Positions 26,743 to 39,100 of a stretch of 64,000 nt of DNA are shown here, one piece after another. A program made the translations under genes and the position numbers. Below the pieces are notes generated by a model, which searched no databases, was not told the DNA's origin, and saw nothing but the letters and a program-made list of their open reading frames with translations. The first letter of the stretch is position 1, and each line of letters begins with the position of its first letter. Source of the stretch: Octopus sinensis (Eukaryota); the NCBI RefSeq assembly GCF_006345805.1, contig NW_021833013.1:1-64000 (forward strand). The letters are read 5' to 3'.

Positions 26743-28844
26743 GTGTATATTTAGGGCTAAAAACCTACTAGTGGCATCTTGGGCAGGTGTCTTCTGCTAT
26801 AGCCCCGGGCCGACCAATGCCTTGTGAGTGGATTTGGTAGACAGAAACTGAAAGAAGCCTGTCGTATATATGTATATATATGTATGTGTGTGTGTCTGTG
26901 TTTGTCCCCCTAGCATTGCTTGACAATCGATGCTGGTGTGTTTACGTCCCCGTCACTTAGCGGTTTGGCAAAAGAGACCGATAGAATAAGTACTAGGCTT
27001 ACAAAGAATAAGTCCCGGGGTCGATTTGCTCGACTAAAGGCAGTGCTCCAGCATGGCCGCAGTCAAATGACTGAAACAAGTAAAAGAGTAGGTTAGGTGT
27101 GAGAGGCTAGATATGGCCAGTTTGAATATAAAACAGAATGTTTGGGCCAGATATGGCCGGTTTAAACACTAGAGGGCTAAAGAATTACTGATCTCTAACT
27201 GTGGAGGGAACCTGTGGAAGATGTAAAGCCAAGAAGACATGGGGAGAGGTGGTGAAGCATGATCTTTGAATGTTGGGTCTCATAGGGTCAACGACAAATG
27301 AGTGAGACCTTTGGTGGTATGCTGGGAAGACTGGTCAAGCCAAGTGAAATCATAGATGTGACTGGCACTGGGGTCACGTAACTGGCACCCATGTTGGTTG
27401 CACGTAAAAGGCACCCGTTACACTCTTGGAGTGGTTGGTGTTAAGAAGGGCATCCAGCTATAGAAACCATGCCAGATTGGACTCGAACGTGGTGAAGCCC
27501 TGCAGCTTAACAGTTCTCGGTCAAACCATTTAACCCATTCCAGAATGGAAAGCAGTCGTTAAATGATGATGATGTAATGTATATCAAACCGGGTGATTGT
27601 AAAAATAATTTGGCATTATTTATTCCCCCTTACATAACACAGCTTTGGATTATAACTGTATCTACACATTATATATAATACATATGTATATTTGCATACA
27701 GACACATGCACACGCTTACACGTATACATAAAAACATGCAGGGCTGTTGCTCTCAAGGTACTGTTATCGTTCTTTTCTGTTTGGTTGCACATTTGTAAAT
27801 TCTTGAATTAAGTAAAAAACTTTTCAAAATTTGGTGTATTGATGTACTTTTTCAAGCTGATTTTCTGGTCCTAATTCATTTGTTCCACAGAAATTTCTTA
27901 AAACAGTTACAGAGATTTAAAGTTTGATCATTTTTTTACCCAGTCAGAAAACAGGTTTGGAAACTCATTTTCGTGCGTGACTGCAATCGTAGGACAAAAA
28001 AAACAACAATTATTTTTGCTCGAGGCACAAGGCCTTGAAAATTTGGCGGGGAAGGAGGCTAGTCGATTATATCAACCCCAGTGCGTAACTGGTACTTGTT
28101 TCATTGACCCCAAAAGGATGAAAGGCAAAGTTGACCTTGGCGGAATTTGAACTCAGAACGTAGTGGCAGATGGCAAGACAATAATGTCGACATCATTTCA
28201 GTTAATTTTGAAAATAACAAAGATTTTAGTTAAATAATAATAATAGTTATTAAGCTGACGTTTGGAACATAAATTAACATTAAGAAATTTTGATAGAAGG
28301 TTTCAATGTAGAGCTGTTTGAAACAGAATTTCTGTTATTGAACCTAGGCTGGTTTTCAGCAGATTTGTATCAAAAGGGTTAAACATTTAGGAAGCAAAAA
28401 ATGACTGAGAAATGAGTAAACAACACATATTTTGTTGTTTTAAGAGCAAAAAGAACAAACTGTAAACAAATGAAATATTTCATAAACATACAGTTTTTGT
28501 AAAAATGCATGGTTTATACAAGAGAGTTCCAAACACTAGGCTTGTTACTATAGAAACAGCCACTTATGTCTCTCTGATTTTTGATTGGCTAAAATTACCC
28601 CTAATTTACAAACTTCAAAAGTTATTAACTGTTTATTTATTGATTTTTGGTGAAAATGAATTTCATGTCAACAAAGAGCATACAAAACTACATTAATACA
28701 CCAAGTTTGAAATTAATTGAAATAAAATTTAAGAAATTGAAAAGGGGCAGCCAAATAGAAGAGATCCCTATTACGACTGCTGCTGCTTCTGTTGCTGCTG
28801 CTGCTGCTGTTATTGATGTTGCTGTTGTTGTTTTTGTTGTACAT

Positions 28845-28880
<36 letters not shown>

Positions 28881-29056
28881 CTCTGAATGGCAAGTTCCTT
28901 TCTTTACAGACACACCTCACTGTCGTTACGTGGAAATGGATGACCCATTCCACGCAGTCATGAGTAAGTGGCTTTGCGTGGCGACTTGTCGCTTGACCAC
29001 TCACACCAACCCACTGACAACTGACCACTTGCTTTCTCTCTTGCCATCTAAATCCT

Positions 29057-29087
<31 letters not shown>

Positions 29088-31597
29088 GCTTTTAATGTGT
29101 GGGACATAGGGTAGTGTGGCCGCTCACTGACCACAGCATACTATCTCTCTTTCTCTGTTGTGTTTGTGTGGACAAAGGCTATTTGTGGTGACATATAGCT
29201 TACCCACTCATTAACTTACTGACCACAACCTTCTTGTTTTTATGAACAAAACGAAAGCTTTTTGTGGTGACTTGTAGTTTGACCACTCACTAATTCACTG
29301 ACCACCACTACCTGTTTTTATGTGTGGGATAGAGCTTGACCACTCACTAATTCACTGACCACCACAACCAGTTTTTATGTGTGGGATAGAGGCTTTTTGT
29401 GGCAACTTGTAGCTTGACCACCCACTAATTCACTGACCACCACCACCACCTCTCTCTTTCATATTTTTATCAATGGGACAAAGGTTTTTTTGTGGCAATA
29501 TGCAGTTTGGCCACTCATCAACTCACTGACCATTGCCTTCTGTTTTATGTGTGAGATAGAGGCTATTATGGTGACATAGCTTGACCACTCACTAATTCAC
29601 TGACCAGTTTCTCCCACCTTTTTATGAATGGTAGAAAAAGCATTTGTGGCAACATATAGTTTGACCACTTACCAATTCACTGACCCCCCCTCCACCTTTC
29701 TTTTGTGTTCTCTCTTGTTTTTGTGCATAGGAAAGAGGCTTTGTGTGGCAGTGACATATAGCTTGCCCATTACAGCAACTGACCAACTCTCTTACATTCT
29801 GTAACATCCTCTTCCCCTTGCACCTACCCTATTTTGTGTGTGGTGGATTCAGACTATGTGAAAAACCCTCTCTTGACCACTTCACTGTTGTTCCTTCTTT
29901 ACCCTTTCCACCTCTCACGTCTCTCTCTTTCTTTCTACCCCCCCCCCCGTTTTGTGTTTCCCCACTACTCTCTGCTAGTCAACTGTTCCACCAACTACCC
30001 CCCCACCTCTCTCACCTTTTTCTTTCTTTCTTTCTTCTTTTCGGTTTTATTTTTAGTTTTTGTCAGATTTTCTTTTATCCGACTTATTTTTGAGCTGTGT
30101 GTGTTCTGTTTTGCGTCTGTGCCTCTTCAGCCATATTTGCGGTGACTAGAATTTGAACCTGGGGTCTGCTACTTTACAGTATGCCCTGCTGGGAAGCATA
30201 GAAGGCAAGCATGCCTCTGCTAGTTGTTACAGAGAATTGGGCTTCTCAACATTGCTGCCTTAGAGACATCAGTCAGCCCTTAATCCACCCTACTTGGTAG
30301 CATAGAATATTCTTTTGCCTTATTTTTTAAGGCAATAATATATTGTCTAATTTAAAAGGCAAATAATTTTGCCTCATTTAAAGGGCATATTTTTCTATTT
30401 TTGCCTTACTTAAGAGGTAAATATATACATATTGTCCTATTTTAAAGGCAAGTCTATATTTTTTGCCTTATTTAAAATACAATATTTCTTTTTACCTGGT
30501 TTAAAAATCAAGAATATCTCTTTTGCCTTATTGGAAAAGCAAATACGATTTTGGTTTATCTGAAAGACAAATATATTTCTTTTTGCTTAAAACACTAGTA
30601 TTTTTACCTTTTATTTAAAAGGCAATTTTTTTGCCTTATTTAAAATACAATATTTCTTTTTACCTGGTTTAAAAATCAAGAATATCTCTTTTGCCTTATT
30701 GGAAAAGCAAATATGATTTTGGTTTATCTGAAAGACAAATATATTTCTTTTTGTTTAAAATGCTAGTATTTTTACCTTTTATTTAAAAGGCAATTCTTTT
30801 GCCTTATTTAAAAGGTAACTGTTTTTTGCTTTTACTAAAAGCAAATATCTTTTTGTTTCTTTTAAATGGCTGGCAAATTTCTTGTCCTATTTAAAGGACA
30901 AGTATATTTGTATTGCCTTATTTAACCCTTTAGTGTTCTGATTATTCAATCAAACATAATTCCCATTGATTTGAATTAATCATGCATTATCTCATATCTT
31001 CAAGATCTTGATGGTGTAATTACTTAATGTAGAATAACATTGTAGGGTAGGTGTGAGGGCCTGGATCTGGTCAGTTTGAACATAAACCAGATTAGCTATT
31101 TTGGCCGGGTATGGCCGGTTTAAATACTAAAGGGTTAAGGTGTGTTTTTAGGCAACTCAATATTTCAAAAGGCAACTCAATATGTTGCCTTTGTGTCGGG
31201 AGGTGAGGGGTTAAAGTATGAAGGAAAAGGGCCAAGGAGATTCTTGTTGTAGGGAAGTTATACGGCTGCTGACATTTAGAAGAGGGGCTGAGGATGCTCA
31301 GTGGAAGCTGAAAATGGATACAAATAGTGGTAATGAGGTAGCCATTGTGGCTACTGAAGGTACAAAGTGAGTCATTGTGGACACAGGGCCCAGGTGTGTG
31401 GATTGATGAGAGTTTGTAAAGAGTGAATGGGTGGGAGCACATCGACCCCCCAGGACTTATTCTTTTTTGTAAGCCCAGTACTTATTCTATCGGCCTCTTT
31501 TTGCCGAACTGCTAAGTGACGGGGACGTAAACACACCAGCATCGGTTGTCAAGCAATGTCGAGGAGGACAAACACAGACACACAAACACACTCACGC

Positions 31598-31628
<31 letters not shown>

Positions 31629-33062
31629 TATATACGACGGGCTTCTTTCAGTTTCCGTCTACCAAATCCACTCACAAGGCATTGGTCGGCCCGAGGCTAT
31701 AGTAGAAGACACTTGCCCAAGGTGCCACGCAGTGGGACTGAACCCGTAACCATGTAGTTCGTAAGCAAGCTACTTACCACACAGCCACTCCTGCGCCTAT
31801 ATATATATATATATATATATATACGACGGGCTTCTTTCAGTTTCCGTCTACCAAATCCACTCACAAGGCATTGGTCGGCCCGAGGCTATAGTAGAAGACA
31901 CTTGCCCAAGGTGCCACGCAGTGGGACTGAACCCGCAACCATGTAGTTCGTAAGCAAGCTACTTACCACACAGCCACTCCTGCGCCTATATTCATTCACA
32001 ATGCTTTGGTCGATCTGGGACTATAGTAGAAGACACTTGCCCAAGCGCCATGCTGTGGAACTGAACCCAGAACCATGTAATTGGGTAGCAAACTCCTTAG
32101 CGCATGGCCATGCCTCTGTCTCACTCATGCTTGCACACACACACACACACACACACACACAATGGTGAAGAAGTTCTTGTGGTTCAGAGTTTCTTTCCAT
32201 TGAGTGGACACAAATTGACCAAAGCCTTATGGAGGAAGTCCAGTTGAAAGGATACTTATTTCTTTACTGCCCACAAGGGGCTAAACACAGAGGGGGCAAA
32301 CAAGGACAGACATAGGTATTAAGTCGATTAATTCGACCCCAGTGCGTAACTGGTACTTAATTTATCGACCCCGAAAGGATGAAAGGCAAATCGACCCCGG
32401 CGGAATTTGAACTCAGAACGTAGCGGCAGATGAAATACCGCTAAGCATTTCGCCCGGCGTGCTAACGGTTCTGCCAGCTTGCCGCCTTTCCAGTTGAAAG
32501 GATACTGGAAGAAACTTCACACATATACACACGCAGAAGTGTGTGTTTTAAAATTTGTATGGATTTTTACAAAGTATTTGTACATTGTTTTTTATCACTT
32601 CTGTTTTTGGTTAACTCTTCTGCTTGGTCGCACCTCAATGATTTTTGTTTGTTTTTAATTTAAATTTATTTTATTTAATCCTTTTGTTTTGAAAACAGTT
32701 TTATTTTGTTTCTTTTTATTATTTGCTTACTTTAAAACTTTTACCTAACGAGTATTTTATACATTGTGTGTGTGTGTGTGTGCGTGTGTGTAGAAATACA
32801 TAGTGTGGATGGAATCAAGAACGTCAAGACTCTGTTGCTGGGTAATCTGCAATTCCAATAGCTTACAAGGGATTCTATGAACGGTAAAACATTGTTGCAG
32901 AAAATAACTACAAACGTTTCAGTTATAATCTTTCTTTTGATGCAAGCAAAAGGCACTTCTTCAGGTTGTGCAAGTGTCATGCAATATGATATGATGACAA
33001 GTTGAGCAATATATTGATTCCTAGTAAATAACAGCATTCTTTATGAATTTGATATAGCCTAA

Positions 33063-33123
<61 letters not shown>

Positions 33124-36100
33124 GGGAGAGTTCGCAAAAAAAAAGAGCAAAAGATGATGACAGGTGGTGTACAAACAAACAAATGTATTAGTATAACGCT
33201 CAGGAATAGAAAAAGTCTTTTACATTTCGAGCCTATGCTCTTCTACAGAAAGGGACACAGAAAGAAACAAGGAGAGAAAAAAAATGTGTGTAGTGGCTAC
33301 TGATCTATCATGGCGACTGTATATATATATATATATATATACACGTGAAGGCGCATGGCTCAGCGGTTAGGGCGTCGAGCTTACGATCGTGAGGTTGTGA
33401 GCTCGAATCCCGGACCGGGCTGCGTGTTGTGTTCTTGAGCAAGACACTTTATTTCACGTTGCTCCAGTTCACTCAGCCTTAGAAATGAGTTGCAGTGTCA
33501 CAGGTGGCAAGCTGTATCGGCCCCTTTGCCTTTCCCTTGGATAACACTGGTGGTGTAGAGTGGGGAGGCCGGTATGCATTGGCGACTGCTGGTCTTCCAT
33601 AAACAACCTTGACCGGACTTGTGTCTAGGAGGGTAACTTTCTAGGTGCAATCCCATGGTCATTCATGACCGAAGGGGGTCTTTACCCCTTTATATATACA
33701 CACACAAACATATATGCATAAACACATATACATACTTTGACAGACACAAAAGTTTGGTGCGAGCTCCTGCCTGGCCAGCTCCTGTTGAACTGTCATCAGA
33801 CTGGAATTTTGTGAAATTAAAGCTGCGTTTATTTTACCCAGCTATCTGTGTTTTCTCTTTCTGTCTGTCTGTCTGTCTCTGTCTTAATATTTGTTTGTGT
33901 GTGTTTGTGTGTGTGTGTGTATGTGTGTGTGTGTTTGGCCTCTCTAAATTTTTGTCATTCGTTGCATTGTCAGGGTCAGTGAGGTCACAGAGTCTGGAGG
34001 AGAAGAGGAGTCATAGTCTGGAAGACAGGGACAAATATCCATCCCCTGGATCTACAAGTAAGTCACCACCACCACCACCACCACCTTCGCTATGGTCATC
34101 TCATCATCCTCTCACTACCACCACAACCACCTCCAACACTTTATTGTTTAGCTATCCGTTCAAGCCAGTGGTTTTCAACCAGGGTTCGGCGGAACCTTAG
34201 GGTTCCGCCAGTACAGTCCAGGGGTTCCGCAAGAAGTTACAAAACTGCTAAAATCGGCAGTAATTTTTAATTCTCCTGTGCAGATATGTGTGCATAAGAC
34301 TATTAAATTATTGCACAGGGGTTCCTCGAGCCAGTGGAATGTTTCCTTGGGGTTCCGCTCCAGCAAAAAGTTTGAAAAGCACTGATATATATATATTGTA
34401 TAGTGTTTTAAATATACACATGTTTATATATATATATATATATATAAATAAAATGTGCAATATATGGCTTCATCGAATCCTGTAGAGACTTCTTTTGTCA
34501 TATATATATATCAGTGATTTTCAACCAGGGTTCCGCCAGTACAGTCCAGGGGTTCCGCAAAAAGTTACAAAACTGCTAAAATCGGCAGTAATTTTTAAGT
34601 CTCCTGTGCAGATATGTGTGCATAAGACTATTAAATTATTGCCCAGGGGTTCCTCGAGCCAGTGGAATGTTTCCTTGGGGTTCCGCTCCAGCAAAAAAGT
34701 TGAAAAGCACTGGTTCAAGCATCTCTTTTAGGGTATCATCTTTAGGCATGCATGCAGGGTGCAGGGGATAAACTGTCGTTTAAATTATGCAAAAACGAAG
34801 CATCAAGCTCAAGAACACAACATGCCACCCCATCAGGGAATTGAACCTACGATTTAGTGATCACGAGTGCAACAGCCTAACCATTAGGCCACGTGCCTGG
34901 ATCTTTTCCTTTTGAACGGCACTTTGTAACATAATTTCTAGGTAACTAAAAAGTTTTAAACTTCGTATACTGGTAGAATATGTTTATAAAACATATTTTT
35001 CTCTTGGTTTTATTGAGAAAATTCTATAGATTGTAAGATATTTGTTGTTTTTTTTTGTTCAATTTCTGCAATTTCAACCAATCACTGACATTTATTGAAG
35101 TAAAAAACATTCTGTGCCGTATGAATATGTCCCTCATTTAAGAAAGAGATTGGGTTTATTTACATTTGTGAAGAAAAAAAGATACCCTTCTCCCACCCCT
35201 AACCCTAACCAACCCTAACCCTAAAATAGATTGAAATGCAATAGATCGATACTAGGGTTATAATTATGGGTGACAATTTCATATGACACCACAAGAAAAA
35301 ATCCCATTTTCCATAGCGGTGTCATATGAAATTGTCACCCATAATTATAACCCTAGTATCGATCTATTGCATTTCAATCTATTTTAGATTTAGGGTTAGG
35401 GGTGGGGGAAGGGTATCTTTTTTACTTCGCAAATGTAAATAAACCCAATCTGTTTCATAAACGAGGGACATATTCATACGGCACAGAATATTTTTTTACC
35501 TCAATAGACGTGAGTGATTGGTTGAAATTGCCGAAATGCTTGAAATTAAAGACGAAATATCTTACAAACTATAGAATTTTCTCAATAAAGCCAAGAGGAA
35601 AAGATGTTTTATGTAACACATTCTACCAGTATACGAAGTTTAAAATTTTTTAGTTACGTAGAAATTATGTTAAAAACTGCCGTTCAAACAGAAAAGATCC
35701 CCAATCTGTTTCTTAAACGAGGGACATATTCATACGGCACAGAATATTTTTTTACCTCAATAGACATGAGTGATTGGTTAAAATTGCTGAAATGCAAGAA
35801 ATTAAAGACGAAATATCTTACAAACTATAGAATTTTCTCAATAAAACCAAGAGAAAAAGATGTTTTATGTAACACATTCTACCAGTATACGAAGTTTAAA
35901 ATTTTTTAGTTACCTAGAAATTATGTTAAAAACTGCCGTTCAAAAGGAAAAGATCCACGTGTCTTCATCAGAGAGAGAGAGGGAATCTATAGACTGTTGA
36001 TAAGGACTTTTCAAATTCAGTTGCCAAGATACACCTCCAGCTTCATACCCATCGTTATTGGACCAACAGGATACATACCGACCCGTCTGGAGCAAAGTAT

Positions 36101-39100
36101 GGCTGAATTTGGGATCTTGGGAAGAGAACACAAATCCTTAATATGCTACAAATGGTGGTGCTCCAGCATGGCCGCAGTCAAATGACTGAAACAAGTAAAA
36201 GAGTATATATATATATTTTATAGAAGGAGCTTCTACAGGACTAGAACTGTTTCATTCAAAAGAAATCATCAGGAAGCTTCCTGATGATTTCATTTGAATG
36301 AAACAGTTCTAGTCCTGTAGAAGCTCCTTCTATAAAATAAATTAATTACTCTGCTATGTATTGAGTACCTTATTTACTGTGGTTAACCCCGACTCAACCC
36401 GGGACCTACATATATATATATATATATATATATGTGTGTATCTATTTATTAGGTCTGTATGTATGTCTATACACACACACACACACAACATATTTACTGT
36501 GACCTTCTTTGATTAATCTCTTTCCTTCTCTCTCTCTCTCTCTCTCTCTCTTCCAGCTTGTCACATTGATCGTCATTACTTGACCGTCCAGCTTCCTGTG
36601 GCCGACTACAAACACAGATGGTCGGTATCATCTATGTTTGCTGTAAAAGCTGACCAAGTTCCTGGTAAGTACACCGAGTACACATGCATGTGCACACGCT
36701 CACCTCGGTAGTTTGGAGTTGGGTGACCGTGTGCAGTTGCAACTGTAGTTTGCAAGGTGTCTCTAAGTAAATCATACTCTGTGTGTGTGTGTGGGTGCAC
36801 GTAGGATGCAGATTGTGTGTGTATATCAAGATGGCAAGCTGGCAGAATCGTTAGCATGCCAGGCGAAATGCGTAGCCGTATTTCGTCTGCCGCTACGTTC
36901 TGAGTTCAAATTCCGCCGAGGTCGACTTTGCTTTTCATCCTTTCGGGGTCGATAAATGAAGTACCAGTTACGCACTGGGGTCGATGTAATCGATTTAACC
37001 CCTTTGTCTGTCCTTGTTTGTCCCCTCAGTGTTTAACCCCTTGTGGGTAGTAAAGAAATAGGTATTTCGTCTGCCGCCACATTCTGAGTTCAAATTCCAC
37101 CGAGGTCGACTTTGCCTTTCATCCTTTCGGGGTCGATAAATTAAGTACCAGTTACGCACTGGGGTCGATGTAATCGATTTAACCCCTTTGTCTGTCCTTG
37201 TTTGTCCCCTCAGTGTTTAGCCCCTTGTGGGTAGTAAAGAAATAGATATTTCGTCTGCCGCTACGTTCTGAGTTCAAATTCCGCCGAGGTCGACTTTGCC
37301 TTTCATCCTTTCGGGGTCGATAAATTAAGTACCAGTTACGCACTGGGGTCGATATAATTGACTTAATCCGTTTGTCTGTCCTTGTTGTCCCCTCAGTGTT
37401 TAGTCCCTTGTGGGTAATAAAGAAATAGGTAATGTTCTTTTGTGTAATTTGTGGTGTGTCTCTGTGAGGTAAGTTTGTGTAGCGTATGTATGTGTGTAGC
37501 TAATAGTATGTAGCTGTGTGTGTCTGTGTGTAGCTTCAGCTACATGCTTGTAGTTTAAGGTGTGCATGTGTGTGTGTGTTTATGTCCTTGTAACTTAGCG
37601 AGTCATCAAGAGACTGATAGGCTTAAAAAAAAAAATTAAGTACTCGAGTCAATTCATTTATGCGGTGCCCCAGCATGGCCACAGTCTAATGACTGAAACA
37701 AGTAAAGGATAAAAGGTACAGAAGTTTCCCTTGACATCTTGTCCTAAACTCCTCCCTTATAGCCTGGAGAATAATAATAAACATTTCTAGGGCTGAGATG
37801 TGAGCCTGGTAAACAGGTGTCCCTTAATTGAACTCACTGTTAAATCTCACATTTCCTCTTAGGCTCACACCACTCTCCAAACTCATCCATTGACCCCTAA
37901 TTTTCTGAGTGGCCACCAGACCACAGAACTTGAGTTCAGAGGAAGAGGGCACAAGTAGTAAGTACCCTGTACCCATCAATAGTATCCCATCTTCACTGAT
38001 AGTACCCTGTCCTCATCAGTAGTACCTTGACCTCATCAGTAGTACCCTGTCCTCATCAGTTGTGCCCTGCCCTCATCAGTAGTACCCTGTCCTCATCAGT
38101 TGTGCCCTGCCCTCATCAGTAGTCCCCTGCCCTCATCAGTAGTACCCAGTTACCCTGTTCTTGTCAATAGTACTGTCTTCACTAGTTGTACCCTGTCCTC
38201 ATCAATCGTACCCTGTCCTCATCAATCGTACCCTGACCTCATCAATAGTACCCTATCCTTGTCAATAGTACCCTGACCTCATCAATAGTACCCTATCCTT
38301 GTCAATAGTACCCTGTCCTCATCAATAGTACCCTATCCTAGTCAATAGTACCCTGACCTCGTCAATAGTACCCTATCCTTGTCAATAGTACCCTGACCTC
38401 ATCAATAGTACCCTATCCTTGTCAATAGTACCCTGACCTCATCAATAGTACCCTATCCTAGTCAATAGTACCCTGACCTCGTCAATAGTACCCTATCCTT
38501 GTCAATAGTACCCTGTCCTCATCAATAGTACCCTATCCTTGTCAATAGTACCCTATCCTCATCAATAGTACCCTGTCCTCGTCAATAGTACCCTGTCCTC
38601 ATCAATAGTACCCTATCCTTGTTAATAGTACCCTCTCCTCATCAATAGTACCCTATCCTAGTCAATGGTACCCTGACCTCGTCAATAGTACCCTATCCTA
38701 GTCAATAGTACCTTGTCCTCATCAGCCGTATGCATGTCTATGAGTGTATGCTGTCATCACCATCATTGTCATCATCCCCATTTTCTTCCCTCCATACATC
38801 CCGTGCTTGCAGAAGTTGAACAGGTCTTACTCAGACACAGCATCCTCGTCTCCGTTTCAGCCTTTTGTCATCTGGATTTTTGCTGATCCATCTCCCCAAA
38901 TCACTTATCATGTCTTCCTCCACCACCTTCAGTCTCTTCCCCTCTCTCTCTCTCTGTCTTCTGTCTCTCTCTTCCTCTCTCTCTTTCTCTCTTTCTCTGT
39001 CTGTCTGTCTCTCTCTTCCTTTCTCTCTCTCCTCCCCTCTCTCTCTCCCTCTCTCTTTTTCTCTGTCTCTCTCTTCCTCTCTATCTCTCTTCTTCTCTCT

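Noticed and set aside
35197-35224. Interstitial telomere or fusion scar
   Set aside because: Only about 4 imperfect CCCTAA units, mirrored in the other arm, so internal to the foldback element.
38020-38145. CTGATGAG hammerhead cores on the minus strand of the 20-bp repeat
   Set aside because: No GAAA half-core or compatible stems.
38813-38890. Possible exon after cttgcag ([10 protein letters not shown]... in phase 1; KLNRSYSD... in phase 0)
   Set aside because: Phase 1 stops after about 24 codons, the better-looking frame is out of phase, and there is no good donor. Unresolved without RNA data.
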